NCBI GenBank assembly: GCA_963808195.1 | Contig: CAWEEW010000001.1 | Span: 561,130 to 625,129 of the forward strand | Reading direction: 5' to 3' | Length of the DNA stretch: 64,000 nucleotides | Source: an uncultured Acidobacteriaceae bacterium | GTDB lineage: Bacteria > Acidobacteriota > Terriglobia > Terriglobales > Acidobacteriaceae | Shown here: one piece after another, positions 19,308-29,340 of the stretch | Numbering within the stretch: the stretch's first letter is position 1 | How the letters are laid out: each line of letters begins with the position of its first letter | Program-made: the position numbers and the translations under genes | The notes under the pieces: model-generated | Database searches by the model: none | The model's input: the letters and a program-made list of their open reading frames with translations, nothing else | Told to the model about the DNA's origin: nothing

Positions 19308-20948
19308 GTGAAGCTTGCTCTCGGCCAAATCAACCCCACGGTCGGAGATTTCTCCGGCAACGCCGCCAAGATTATCGAGTTTTCCCGCCGCGCCCAAGGC
19401 GCCGGCGCCGGACTGATTCTTTTTCCTGAACTTTCTGTCTGTGGCTATCCGCCCCGGGATTTGGTCGAGCGTCCATCGTTTCTCGCACGCAATCGAGAAT
19501 CAGTCGAGCGCATCGCTGCACAGACTCAAGGCATCTCCGTAATCTGCGGATTAGTCACCCCCGCCGATTCTGAAACCGGCAAGTCCGCGATGAACTCCGC
19601 TGCGCTTTTGCAGGATGGCAAAGTTGCCTTCGTGCAATCGAAGATGCTTTTGCCCACTTACGACGTATTCGATGAAATGCGCAATTTCGCGCCCGCCAAG
19701 AGTCAGAGCTTGTTCCCCTTCTGCGGCAACCGCATGGCGCTCACCATCTGCGAAGATGCCTGGAACGACAAGCTCTTCTGGCCCAAACGCCTTTACACAG
19801 TCGATCCCATCGAGGCGCTTATTCGCAGCGGCGGCAACTTCGTGCTCAACATCTCCGCATCGCCTTTTTGGATCGGCAAACGCGAACTGCGCCGCGACAT
19901 GCTGGCCTCCATCGCCCGCCAGCACAAGGTTCCAGTCGCGATGGTCAACCAGGTCGGAGGGAATGACAGCCTGCTGTTCGATGGCTCCAGCATCGTTCTT
20001 GATGCAGAAGGTGAAGTCATCGCGCAAGGATTATCGTTCGAAGAGGATCTCATTTTCTTCGATTCCAAGACTCTCACCGGCGACCTGCATGAACAGATCG
20101 AAGGCGAGGAAGCCAGCGTCTATGCCGCGCTGGTACTCGGCACGCGCGACTACATGCGCAAGTGCGGATTTCAAAAAGCGATCGTTGGGCTCAGCGGCGG
20201 AATCGATTCGGCACTCACCGCCGTCATTGCCGCGGATGCGGTCGGCCCGGAAAATGTGATTGGAGTCGGAATGCCCGGTCCGTACTCATCGCCCGGTTCC
20301 ATCGACGATGCCTGCGAGCTGGCGAAAAATCTCGGCATCCGTTTCGAATTGCTCTCAATCAATCAGGTCGTCGGCGCGTACCGGCAGACCTTGCAAGAAG
20401 TGTTTGCGGGGCTGAAGGAAGACGTGACCGAGGAGAACATCCAATCGCGTGCTCGCGGCACGCTGCTGATGGCGCTCTCCAATAAGCTCGGCGCGATTGT
20501 TCTTTCCACCGGCAACAAAAGCGAATTGGGCGTGGGCTACTGTACACTTTATGGCGATATGGTCGGAGGTTTGGCAGTCATCTCGGATGTGCCGAAGACG
20601 CTGGTTTACCGGCTTAGTCATTATGTGAATTCGCGCCGCCCGGCGATTCCACCGGCTACGCTGGAGAAGCCGCCGAGCGCGGAGTTGAGGCCCAATCAGA
20701 AAGACAGCGACTCGCTGCCGCCTTATGAAATTCTCGACGCCGTGCTGGAAGATTATGTGGAAGATGCACACTCTGCCGAGCGTATCGCTGCCGATCGCGG
20801 ATTCGATATCGAAGTGGTTCGCCGGGTTGTGCGCATGGTGGACCGAGCCGAGTACAAGCGCCAGCAGGCGGCTCCGGGGATTAAGATTTCTCCCAAAGCC
20901 TTTGGTTACGGCCGTCGTTTTCCGATCGCCGCGAAGAGCGAAGTGTGA
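19308..20948 (+). CDS. nadE: Glutamine-dependent NAD+ synthetase
   Basis: GTG start. The N-terminal nitrilase-like domain has the CEDAW motif (LTICEDAWN). The C-terminal synthetase domain has SGGIDS. Confidence 0.95.
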   Translation: MKLALGQINPTVGDFSGNAAKIIEFSRRAQGAGAGLILFPELSVCGYPPRDLVERPSFLARNRESVERIAAQTQGISVICGLVTPADSETGKSAMNSAALLQDGKVAFVQSKMLLPTYDVFDEMRNFAPAKSQSLFPFCGNRMALTICEDAWNDKLFWPKRLYTVDPIEALIRSGGNFVLNISASPFWIGKRELRRDMLASIARQHKVPVAMVNQVGGNDSLLFDGSSIVLDAEGEVIAQGLSFEEDLIFFDSKTLTGDLHEQIEGEEASVYAALVLGTRDYMRKCGFQKAIVGLSGGIDSALTAVIAADAVGPENVIGVGMPGPYSSPGSIDDACELAKNLGIRFELLSINQVVGAYRQTLQEVFAGLKEDVTEENIQSRARGTLLMALSNKLGAIVLSTGNKSELGVGYCTLYGDMVGGLAVISDVPKTLVYRLSHYVNSRRPAIPPATLEKPPSAELRPNQKDSDSLPPYEILDAVLEDYVEDAHSAERIAADRGFDIEVVRRVVRMVDRAEYKRQQAAPGIKISPKAFGYGRRFPIAAKSEV

Positions 20949-21015
20949 GAGGATTCGCCGCGAAGATTTTCCGATTGCCCAACCATTTCTAATTCTGCAT
21001 TTTGAAAGGAAACTC

Positions 21016-21915
21016 ATGCGCAGTTCTCATCTTCTGATGTTCATTTTTTTGCTCGCGGGTGCTATGGCCACCGCTCAATCTCCGGCCACGACGAAACCCG
21101 CGGATAGTTCGACCGCGGCGTCGGCGCTCAATCTTCCTTCCGAAGCCACGGTGGATTCTTTCATGCAGCAAACCTTCGGTTACGAGGCGCAAGTGAGTTG
21201 GAAGATTGCCAGCATCAAGCCCGCGCCCGTCCCCGGCTTGGTTCAGGTCGATGTGGTTCTCGCCACGCCTCAGGGTCAGCAAGCCAGCCGCTTCTATGTA
21301 ACGGCAGATGGCGAGCATGCGGTGGTCGGAGACATCATTCCATTCGGAGCCAAGCCGTTCGACCCGGTAAAGAAAACGCTGGAGAAGGGAATCTCTGGCC
21401 CCTCGCGCGGGCCGAAAGACGCCGCGGTTACCATCGTCGAGTTCGGAGATTTGCAATGTCCCGCTTGTAAAGCGGCGCAGCCCGCGATCGAAGCATTGGT
21501 TGCGGCGGAGCCTAAAGCCCACTTCGTCTTCCAAAACTTCCCTCTGGAGATGCACAACTGGGCGGCCAAAGGAGCCGCCTACGCCGACTGCGTAGGCCAC
21601 GCGTCGAACGAGGCATTCTGGAAGTTCGTGGCAAAGACTTACGAGACGCAAGCCGACATCACCGCCGAAAACGCCGACGAAAAGCTCACCGCCCTTGCCG
21701 ATGGCGCAGGCGTGAAAGGTGCGGATATTGCAGCCTGCGCGACGACTCCCGTGACCAAAGCTCACGTGGATGCGTCCCTCGCTCTAGGGAAAGCGGTGAA
21801 CGTGACCGGCACGCCGACTCTCTTTATCAATGGCCGCACCATCGGAAACGTGAGCCAAGTTCCCGCCGAATCTCTCAAGGGATTAGTGGAATTCGCCGCG
21901 AAAGAAGGGAAGTAG
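21016..21915 (+). CDS. Secreted DsbA-family thiol:disulfide oxidoreductase
   Basis: ORF 20725..21915 overlaps nadE. ATG 21016 gives signal peptide MRSSHLLMFIFLLAGAMATAQS. Thioredoxin-fold CPAC active site (FGDLQCPACK). Confidence 0.8.
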   Translation: MRSSHLLMFIFLLAGAMATAQSPATTKPADSSTAASALNLPSEATVDSFMQQTFGYEAQVSWKIASIKPAPVPGLVQVDVVLATPQGQQASRFYVTADGEHAVVGDIIPFGAKPFDPVKKTLEKGISGPSRGPKDAAVTIVEFGDLQCPACKAAQPAIEALVAAEPKAHFVFQNFPLEMHNWAAKGAAYADCVGHASNEAFWKFVAKTYETQADITAENADEKLTALADGAGVKGADIAACATTPVTKAHVDASLALGKAVNVTGTPTLFINGRTIGNVSQVPAESLKGLVEFAAKEGK

Positions 21916-21971
21916 GATTCGCCAACGCTTAGTGTAGAGTCTAACAGCCTAATTTAAGGTTACAGGTTTCA

Positions 21972-23828
21972 TTACTTCTCGCTGACCCAAATCTCATCCG
22001 TCGAGCGGTCATGATTGTCCACGATATGTGGCGTAATGATGATGAGCAACTCGTCGTTCTCGATCATCTTGTTGTTATCGAGAAGAGCTTGATTGAATCC
22101 CGGAATGCCCGAGAGGCCGGGAAGACCGGCCATCGAGTTCTCATCCGTGGTTGAGATTTGGCCCGCAATCACGGCGGGTTCGCCATCGCGCAGGCGTATG
22201 CCGCCTTTGTACTCCTGGTTCGAAATCACAGGCGCGCCATTCGAGCTTTGCCCGGTCAGCGCTCGAACTTGCAGCTCGATCGCCACGGTCACGTCTCCAT
22301 TGCCATGAATCGCCGGTTTCACCTTAAGGTTCAACCCGAGATCCTCGTAACTGACCGACGGAAACGGCGGGACATAGCTCTGGTTTCCCAGCACCGCGGA
22401 AATCGCGGGTGAGTTAGCGATGGGAGCGTAGCTGGCAGTCAGGACGGGATAGCGCTCGCCCAGGTGGAAGGTGGCGTCCTTGCCTTGCGCGGCGCGTAGG
22501 GTAGCGCGCTGCAGGCTGCGTGCCCACGATTCGTTAAGTGAGAGTGCCGCCTTAAGTTGATCGAGGCTCACACCGGAGAAAGTCAGTCCGCCGCCGAACG
22601 TTGCTAGGGGCTGGCTGAAAATCGATCCGGACTGGCCCTGCAATTGAGCCAGCAGCCCGGACAATGCGGAGCTTCCTGCCTGATTAATGCCGCCGGAAGA
22701 AATCAGCTGATTTACTAGCGATGAGACGCTTTGCCCGCCAAGCGCTGCCAACGCCGCGACCGGAATGTTGTACATGTTGAAAGTGTCCGGAAGGTGCATG
22801 CCGATTTCGCGGGTGAAGGTGTGACTGATCTGGTAAACCTCCATATCGAAGGCTACCTCCGGCCGTTCGCTGGTCAGTTGCTGCACCAGCTTCGTGCAAG
22901 CGGCCAGCGTCGCCTGGGGCGCGCGGACCTCGACGGTTCCGATCTGTCCGGAACTGATCTTCTGAAAGTCGCAGATATTGCGCAGTGAAGTCACCAGCTC
23001 AGTTGCTTCCTGCGGCGTGGTCGCGCCCGGCACCGTGAAAGTGGCGAGCGACATGCGGTCGAACTGCTTATGATTCTCCGTATTATCGGCGGCGATCAGC
23101 ATCTGGTGCGCATCGAGCGCAGCCCACATTGTTTTGCTGGCGCGGCACGCCAAGTTCAGCGCGGTTGAGAAATCGACATCGTCCACAAAAAACCGTACCT
23201 GCTTGGCCGGCACCGAATCATCGAACTGCGCTGTGACACCGTAGGAGGAACCTACCTCCTTAAACAGGCCGCGCACATCTCCGTGATAGTGAAACGAGGC
23301 TCGTTCAGTTTTCGGGTTCAGATGAATTTCGGTGGAGTCGGCTACCGCCGTCGGCAAACTCAGCGGAACAGCCGGGTCGCGGAGCGCTTCCTCCAGGCGC
23401 TTTTGCGTGTACTGGTTGTCGGGATCGAGCTTTAACGCCGCGCGAAATTCCAGCGCAGCCGGTGTGCGCTGGGCGTCGGCCATAAGAGCGTCGCCACGCA
23501 TCGTGTGCTGAAACACTATCTGCGACTTCGCCACTTCGCGCGCTGAAAGGAACTGCACATTCTGCGGAGCCAGCCGCGCCGCCTGATCGAACTGTTCGAA
23601 TGCTTCTTCAAAATGCTTGCCGTCTTCCAGTTTCAATCCGCGGGCGTAAGCACCGCGCGCCTGTTTCAGATTCTTTTTCGTGGGCGTGCAATTGATGCTA
23701 CCGGGCACGCCGCTGCCACAAGTGACAGAGATCTTGGCCGGAGGGACGATGGCGGCATTGTCGGCAGCAAACGACGGCAAGGCTGCCAGAACCGCAATCA
23801 GAAAAAGTTGGAGAGAGGACGACCGCAT
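21972..23828 (-). CDS. Secretin-family outer-membrane channel (type II/IV-pilus/Tad-like) with N-terminal TPR-like region
   Basis: 618 aa with signal peptide. TPR-like helices (AYARGLKLEDGKHFEEAFEQFDQAARLAP, ALEFRAALKLDPDN). The C-terminal secretin core ends GLPGLSGIPGFNQALLD...LLIIITPHIV. Confidence 0.8.
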   Translation of the reverse strand: MRSSSLQLFLIAVLAALPSFAADNAAIVPPAKISVTCGSGVPGSINCTPTKKNLKQARGAYARGLKLEDGKHFEEAFEQFDQAARLAPQNVQFLSAREVAKSQIVFQHTMRGDALMADAQRTPAALEFRAALKLDPDNQYTQKRLEEALRDPAVPLSLPTAVADSTEIHLNPKTERASFHYHGDVRGLFKEVGSSYGVTAQFDDSVPAKQVRFFVDDVDFSTALNLACRASKTMWAALDAHQMLIAADNTENHKQFDRMSLATFTVPGATTPQEATELVTSLRNICDFQKISSGQIGTVEVRAPQATLAACTKLVQQLTSERPEVAFDMEVYQISHTFTREIGMHLPDTFNMYNIPVAALAALGGQSVSSLVNQLISSGGINQAGSSALSGLLAQLQGQSGSIFSQPLATFGGGLTFSGVSLDQLKAALSLNESWARSLQRATLRAAQGKDATFHLGERYPVLTASYAPIANSPAISAVLGNQSYVPPFPSVSYEDLGLNLKVKPAIHGNGDVTVAIELQVRALTGQSSNGAPVISNQEYKGGIRLRDGEPAVIAGQISTTDENSMAGLPGLSGIPGFNQALLDNNKMIENDELLIIITPHIVDNHDRSTDEIWVSEK

Positions 23829-23950
23829 CCGCTTGATTTTACCCTGCCGCCCGTGTTTAGCCGATTACCTATTAGTGCCGGGTACCTTCGGTAACCCGAA
23901 CCGGCAGACCGCATGTTCAGAACGGAACCGCACAGCTTTCTTGCAGAAAC

Positions 23951-24742
23951 CTATGTCAGCATGAGCCGCTGGATGTCGCGGGCCTTGCCAGTTTTCTCGT
24001 CGCAGTCGATGACCACGGCGCACAACCGGACATCGCCCGTGGCTGGCTCAAAGCGCACCGGCATGCCATTGAGAAACTTGTTCACCACCAGTTCCTTCTT
24101 TACGCCGATCACGCCGTCATAAGGGCCTGTCATGCCCACGTCCGTGACGTAGGCAGTACCGTTCGGCAACACTCGTTCATCCGCTGTAGGCACGTGAGTG
24201 TGCGTTCCGACCACCGCGGTCACGCGTCCGTCGAGGTACCAGCCCAGCGAAATCTTCTCCGAAGTCGCCTCGGCGTGGAAGTCGACGAAAATTATTTTGG
24301 CATCGATCTTCTTCAGGAGTTGATCGGCGACGCGAAAGGGATCGTCATTTGCTGCCATGAAGACGCGCCCTTGCAGGTTGATCACGGCGTACGGCACCTT
24401 CCCCTTGTGGCCCTGATACATGCCCCAGCCCGGCATATCGGTGGGGTAATTCGCCGGCCGAAGGATGCGGCGCTGCGGACTGTTTCCGTTGCCATCGACC
24501 ATCTGGAAGTAGTCAAAAATTTCACGCTTGTCCCAGACGTGATTGCCGGTAGTGATTACGTCAATGTCGAGTTCAAAAAGCTCTTCAGCGAGTGCGGGAG
24601 TGATGCCAAAACCCGCTGCTGAATTCTCACCGTTGGCAATGATGAGATCAATCGCGTGGTCGCGGACGATGCCGGGCAGTCGATCTTTTACGATGGTGCG
24701 TCCGGGCCGTCCAAAAATGTCGCCGATGAAAAGAATCCGCAT
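23951..24742 (-). CDS. ymdB: YmdB-family metallophosphoesterase (TIGR00282-like)
   Basis: MRILFIGDIFGRPGR..., ANGENSAAGFGIT, TGNHVWD and DFHAEATSEK are signatures of YmdB. Confidence 0.85.
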   Translation of the reverse strand: MRILFIGDIFGRPGRTIVKDRLPGIVRDHAIDLIIANGENSAAGFGITPALAEELFELDIDVITTGNHVWDKREIFDYFQMVDGNGNSPQRRILRPANYPTDMPGWGMYQGHKGKVPYAVINLQGRVFMAANDDPFRVADQLLKKIDAKIIFVDFHAEATSEKISLGWYLDGRVTAVVGTHTHVPTADERVLPNGTAYVTDVGMTGPYDGVIGVKKELVVNKFLNGMPVRFEPATGDVRLCAVVIDCDEKTGKARDIQRLMLT

Positions 24743-24805
24743 GAGTGGCAGGTAGTTGTGATGGTAACACGCGCTGTCGGCGGTTCATTTTGCCTTCAAG
24801 GTCGG

Positions 24806-26332
24806 CTAATTCGGTGCGGTTGCAAGCTCAGCCGTGCGTAAAAAATCGTAGTTGCCCGCCGGATTCAGCTGCACATTGTGCACCCGTTTGTTGTGGACGA
24901 TGACATTGTCGAGGTACCACAGATCGATGTAGGGCAACTCCTCAGCCAAAATCTCTTGCACCTTGGCGTAAATCGGCTTGCGCACGCTGGAATCGATTTC
25001 GCGCCGCGCCTGGTCGATGAGCGCATCCACCTTCGCGTTTGAGTAATGGCCGCGGTTCGCCCCGTTTGGGGGGAATCTCGACGAGTGAAATACGTAAAAG
25101 ATATCGGGATCCTGATTGCCGCCTACCCAGCGCAACCCATAAAGCTGAAACGCTCCGTGAACGACATCGGCAAGAAATGTGGCCGATTCGAAGCTGCGAA
25201 TATCGAGCGCAATCCCAACCTCGCGCAACTGCTGTTGCATCACAGCGACCATCAAACGCGTGGCCTCGACCGTAGACGTCTTCATGGTGATGTGAAAGCG
25301 CACGCCGTTGATCGGAGGATACCCGGCGGCGTCCAGAAGTTGGCGCGCCTTTTCCGGATCGTGATCATAAAGCGGTACGTTTCCGTTGTAAGCCCAACTT
25401 TGCGGCGGGAGAACGCTGCGCGCGGGCTGCGCCTGCCCACGCCACAAATACTCGATCATCGGCCGCCGGTTGAGAGCATACGCAATCGCCTGTCGCACCC
25501 GCACGTCCTGCAGAATCGGGTCGCGCAGGTTGAAACCGAGATACTGGATCTCGGTGCCGGGCGCTCTTTCGACAGCAAGAAACGGTTCGAGCTCAAGGGT
25601 CAGCACAGTGTCCGGCGTCAACGAATTGATTGATAGATCGCCTGCGCCTTTCCGCAACTCAAGCGCTTCCGTGGTCGTATCTGGGACGATCGCGAAGCGT
25701 ACGCGCGACAACTTCGCTTTGTCGCCCCAGTAGTCGTCGTTGCGTTCGATGATGACTTCCTTGTCGGTTTCAGCGCTGACAAACTTGAATGGTCCGGAGC
25801 CAATGGGATGGCTTGCGATCTCGCTTCCGCTCCCAAAAGGCACAATCCCGATCGCCCCGTCGGAAATATTCCAAAGCAGGGCCGCGTCCGGCTCTTTCAT
25901 GTGGAAGAGCACCGTGAAATCATCCGGTGCCTCGATGCGATCGACGAAGCGATACGTCGACGTCTTGGCACTGCGAATCTTGCCGGTGAGCAGTGAATCG
26001 AAGGTCCACTTTACATCGCGCGCGGTGAGCGGACGCCCATCATGAAATTTCACCTCGTGGTGCAGATGAAAAACATAAGTCAGCGGGTCGGGAATTTCCC
26101 AGCGCTCGGCCAGTCCCGGGGCCACGTCGAAGTTGCCGCCACGTGAAAGCAAGTCGTCAAAAATCAAGTTGTCGATGCGCTCCGATTGCGCATCCACGCC
26201 GATCCTCGGGTCGAGATTGGCAGGGCTCGATTCGATGAGCATCACCAGCGTGTTCGGGTCAGCCTGGTGTGAGCAGGAGAGCAGGGAAGCAAGCAAAGTA
26301 ACAGCGGCTATAACTGTGGAAATTCGCAGCAT
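24806..26332 (-). CDS. ABC transporter substrate-binding lipoprotein, family 5 (peptide/nickel type)
   Basis: ORF 24806..26350 (GTG). ATG 26332 overlaps the upstream stop as TAATG. Lipobox LLSC. SBP_bac_5-like sequence throughout. Confidence 0.85.
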   Translation of the reverse strand: MLRISTVIAAVTLLASLLSCSHQADPNTLVMLIESSPANLDPRIGVDAQSERIDNLIFDDLLSRGGNFDVAPGLAERWEIPDPLTYVFHLHHEVKFHDGRPLTARDVKWTFDSLLTGKIRSAKTSTYRFVDRIEAPDDFTVLFHMKEPDAALLWNISDGAIGIVPFGSGSEIASHPIGSGPFKFVSAETDKEVIIERNDDYWGDKAKLSRVRFAIVPDTTTEALELRKGAGDLSINSLTPDTVLTLELEPFLAVERAPGTEIQYLGFNLRDPILQDVRVRQAIAYALNRRPMIEYLWRGQAQPARSVLPPQSWAYNGNVPLYDHDPEKARQLLDAAGYPPINGVRFHITMKTSTVEATRLMVAVMQQQLREVGIALDIRSFESATFLADVVHGAFQLYGLRWVGGNQDPDIFYVFHSSRFPPNGANRGHYSNAKVDALIDQARREIDSSVRKPIYAKVQEILAEELPYIDLWYLDNVIVHNKRVHNVQLNPAGNYDFLRTAELATAPN

Positions 26333-26880
26333 TACAGGCAGTCCGCGCACATCTGCAAGAGCTGGGTTGTCGTGTTCCAGTTGCGCGTTGTGGTGACGAC
26401 AGACAGCACCCGGTCGAGTGGGGCTTTCATCAAGGCGCTTTCTGAAACTCCGTTCGGAAGGTAAAGGAAAATTTCCCTGCCGAGGCAGCAGGAGCGATCC
26501 GGCTTCATTGTCATCGTTTCCAGCTTTTCTAAAACGGCCGATGCTGGCGCATTGGCTAAAAACACTACGTGGAGTTTTGTGGGATCGATCCCGCGATCCT
26601 TTAAGAAAGGATTGTTTGCAATCGTCTGTTTCATTTCGTCCGCGGTTCTCAAGATGACGGGGACGGAATGGCCAAAGTCGCCAAGGATTCGATCTTCAAT
26701 CTTCTTCGACAACGAGGATGGAGAAACCTTGCCCGCTTTGAATACGATATTTCCGCTCTGGATATAGGTCGCAACGTGATCGAGGCCGAGCGCTTCAAAC
26801 GATTTTCGAAGCTCATCCATCTTGATCCGCTTGTTTCTGCCAACGTTGATACCGCGAAGCAGTGCAATGTAGATCGGCAT
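26332..26880 (-). CDS. DUF1697 domain protein
   Basis: MPIYIALLRGINVGRNKRIKMDEL...YIQSGNIVF matches the DUF1697 family N-terminus. Confidence 0.8.
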   Translation of the reverse strand: MPIYIALLRGINVGRNKRIKMDELRKSFEALGLDHVATYIQSGNIVFKAGKVSPSSLSKKIEDRILGDFGHSVPVILRTADEMKQTIANNPFLKDRGIDPTKLHVVFLANAPASAVLEKLETMTMKPDRSCCLGREIFLYLPNGVSESALMKAPLDRVLSVVTTTRNWNTTTQLLQMCADCL

Positions 26881-26939
26881 GTTTCTTCGGAGTTCCTAAG
26901 AATTCCTTAACGCGTTGAACCTCGCTTACGAGTTCCTAG

Positions 26940-28136
26940 TTAACGATACGAGATTTTACCGAGCACCGCCGGTCGATTTGCTCCTGTCGCTGAAGGAACG
27001 TTCGATGTCCGGTTGTGCCAGGTCTCATGCGCTAAAACAGCGAAAGCTACCGCTTCTTTTGCGGCCGAAGGCAGACCGAATTCGTCAGAGAAGCGCAGCC
27101 GCAATCCAAGAACCGCGAGTTCACCGGTCAAAATGGCAACGAGCGTCGAGTTCTTGGCTCCGCCGCCGGAGAGAATCATTTCTTGAAAGTGTGCTTTCGC
27201 AAGTTTTTTTGACGATCCCGGAACCGCCAGCACAAACCGGCGCAGAGCATCGGCAATCGATCTTGCCGTCAGCGCTGTAGCCGTGGTAACTATGTCGGAC
27301 TTTGCCGACCGTCCACACATGCGAATAAATTCGGCCACAAACGCCCGCCCGAACTCCTCGCGGCCCGCGGTCTTGGGGGGCTTTTTTCGAAAGAAGTCAC
27401 GCTTTAATATTTCGTCCAAGACGTTATCCAGGATTTTCCCTGAAGCTGCAATTCGCCCATTGCGGTCAAATGGCTGATTGAATAATCTTTGCGTGACGCC
27501 ATCGATCACCATGTTGCCCGGCCCTGTATCGAATGCAATCAAGTCCTTCGTGGCCGCGCCTGCAAGAATAGCGGTGAGGTTCGCGATGCCTCCAATATTT
27601 TGCACGATTCTTCCCAGGCGAGCGTCGCGAAAGAGTATGTAGTCGAGGAAGGGAACCAGCGGCGCACCGTGTCCCCCAGCGGCCATATCGGCCGGACGAA
27701 AATCCGAGATTACCGGCGCGCCCACCCGCGCTGCTATGATTGCACCCTCGCCCGTTTGCCACGTGGCTGCCACTTTGCGCCCAAGAAATCGTTGCGGCTC
27801 GCCTTGATGGTAGAGAGTTTGACCGTGACAGCCGATCAGATCGGCCTTCAATCGAAACTGCCGCTCGGTTGAGAGCACTGCGTCGGAATAAAGTTCACCT
27901 AACAGAAAGTTTAAACGCGCGAGATCGGCCACGCTGGCGCGCGTAGCATTCATGGCTGTCAGCACCGCTGCACGAACTTTCTTTGGATAGGAGTGTTCCG
28001 CGTGCCCGAGTAATTCGAAGTTCAGATGCGTGGGGGCATGGGCGCCGCCAATTCGCACCAACGCTACGTTGATGCCGTCCGCGGAGGTCCCGCTCATCAC
28101 TCCGGCCACGATCATATCTTCTTTTTGCTTTTTCAT
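26940..28136 (-). CDS. anmK: Anhydro-N-acetylmuramic acid kinase
   Basis: VAGVMSGTSADGINVALV..., HGQTLYH and GGGAKN motifs. 4-nt overlap with upstream nagZ. Confidence 0.9.
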   Translation of the reverse strand: MKKQKEDMIVAGVMSGTSADGINVALVRIGGAHAPTHLNFELLGHAEHSYPKKVRAAVLTAMNATRASVADLARLNFLLGELYSDAVLSTERQFRLKADLIGCHGQTLYHQGEPQRFLGRKVAATWQTGEGAIIAARVGAPVISDFRPADMAAGGHGAPLVPFLDYILFRDARLGRIVQNIGGIANLTAILAGAATKDLIAFDTGPGNMVIDGVTQRLFNQPFDRNGRIAASGKILDNVLDEILKRDFFRKKPPKTAGREEFGRAFVAEFIRMCGRSAKSDIVTTATALTARSIADALRRFVLAVPGSSKKLAKAHFQEMILSGGGAKNSTLVAILTGELAVLGLRLRFSDEFGLPSAAKEAVAFAVLAHETWHNRTSNVPSATGANRPAVLGKISYR

Positions 28137-29305
28137 CGGCGCGACAATCTGCGCGGCGAAGGCGAAGTCCGCGCGGAATAAGTTTTCTCACGGTCTTTCT
28201 CCCGCCGGTCCAGAGCTGCAAGCCTCACTTCCTCGCCAAACTCCCAAAGTCTCCGCATAAGCTTCTCAACCATTGTCGAGGAGGGTGCCGGCCTGTGTCG
28301 CAATGCCTTCGTCCACTTCTTCTTGAACGAAAGCACGCGCCGTACCGATTCGGCGACGCGCCCGGCAAATTTGGAATCAGCCTCCGCGATCTTTACCAAC
28401 TCATCGTAAGCTTGTGTGACGTAGTCGGCGCGATGGCAGATCAGGCAGAGGTCTCCGCCGGCCCGCACGAATTCAACCGCAGCCTGTCCTACGGACGCCG
28501 CCGACAAGACTGCGCCCATCTCGAGATCATCGGAAACGATGGGGTTGCGATAGCCGATACGTTTGCACAAAATATCCGTAATCCATTTTCTGGAGATCGA
28601 AGCCGGAGTACGAGCCGGCGTGACCAGCGGATAAGCCGCGTGCGAAATCATCACCATGGGCAGCTGCGTTCGGAGCATACGGTACGGGAAGAGATCCTCA
28701 GCCCAAAGTTTGTTCAGCGATTTCTTGATCGCAGGCAATTCGTGATGGCTGTCGAGTTTTCCTTCTCCGAGGCCGGGAAAGTGTTTGCCGCATCCCAGCA
28801 CGTCCGCGCTTCGAAGGCCCACGAGAAATTCGCGAGCATAAGCAGCGGTTTCACGCGGGTCCGCCGAAACCACTCGCGAAGCCATTACGCTGCGCGAGGC
28901 TTCAAACGCCAGATCCAGAGCGGGAGCGAAGTCGACGTTGAATCCCAACGCGCGGCAATTCTCCCCGATGATTTGCCCATGTTTGCGGAAAAGTTTGCGG
29001 TTGCCGGTGGCGTAGACATCTGCCGCTGAAGGTGTAGAACCGAGAACGTCGCGGAAGCGGTCCACGAGGCCGCCTTCAAGATCGACGCAGGTAAACAGCG
29101 GCGTCGAAACGCACTTCCGGCAATCGCGCAGCAACCGCCAGGTCTGCTCGGCCGTTACGATGTTGCGTGCGAACAAAATCACTCCCGCCGGCTGCAGACG
29201 CTTCAACAGCGAACTGAGAGGGGGCGTCATCTCCACGCCGTCGAAGCCGACGATCAGCAGTTGGCCGATTTCGTGGATTTTGGGGCTTGTTAGCGTAACT
29301 ACCAT
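28133..29305 (-). CDS. nagZ: Beta-N-acetylhexosaminidase, GH3 (NagZ-like)
   Basis: IGQLLIVGFDG, CVDLEGG, GKHFPGLGEG and the VSDDLEMGA catalytic region of GH3 NagZ. Confidence 0.85.
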   Translation of the reverse strand: MVVTLTSPKIHEIGQLLIVGFDGVEMTPPLSSLLKRLQPAGVILFARNIVTAEQTWRLLRDCRKCVSTPLFTCVDLEGGLVDRFRDVLGSTPSAADVYATGNRKLFRKHGQIIGENCRALGFNVDFAPALDLAFEASRSVMASRVVSADPRETAAYAREFLVGLRSADVLGCGKHFPGLGEGKLDSHHELPAIKKSLNKLWAEDLFPYRMLRTQLPMVMISHAAYPLVTPARTPASISRKWITDILCKRIGYRNPIVSDDLEMGAVLSAASVGQAAVEFVRAGGDLCLICHRADYVTQAYDELVKIAEADSKFAGRVAESVRRVLSFKKKWTKALRHRPAPSSTMVEKLMRRLWEFGEEVRLAALDRREKDREKTYSARTSPSPRRLSRR

Positions 29306-29340
29306 AGGAAGTTCTTTTTACTCTTGAGCACTCTTGGTGG

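Noticed and set aside
20725-21015. N-terminal extension of the DsbA-like ORF overlapping nadE
   Set aside because: The signal peptide begins at ATG 21016, and the upstream part overlaps the nadE coding region in another frame. The same logic applies to hemA (38780-38929), DUF4442 (41062-41358) and mutS (32050-32121).
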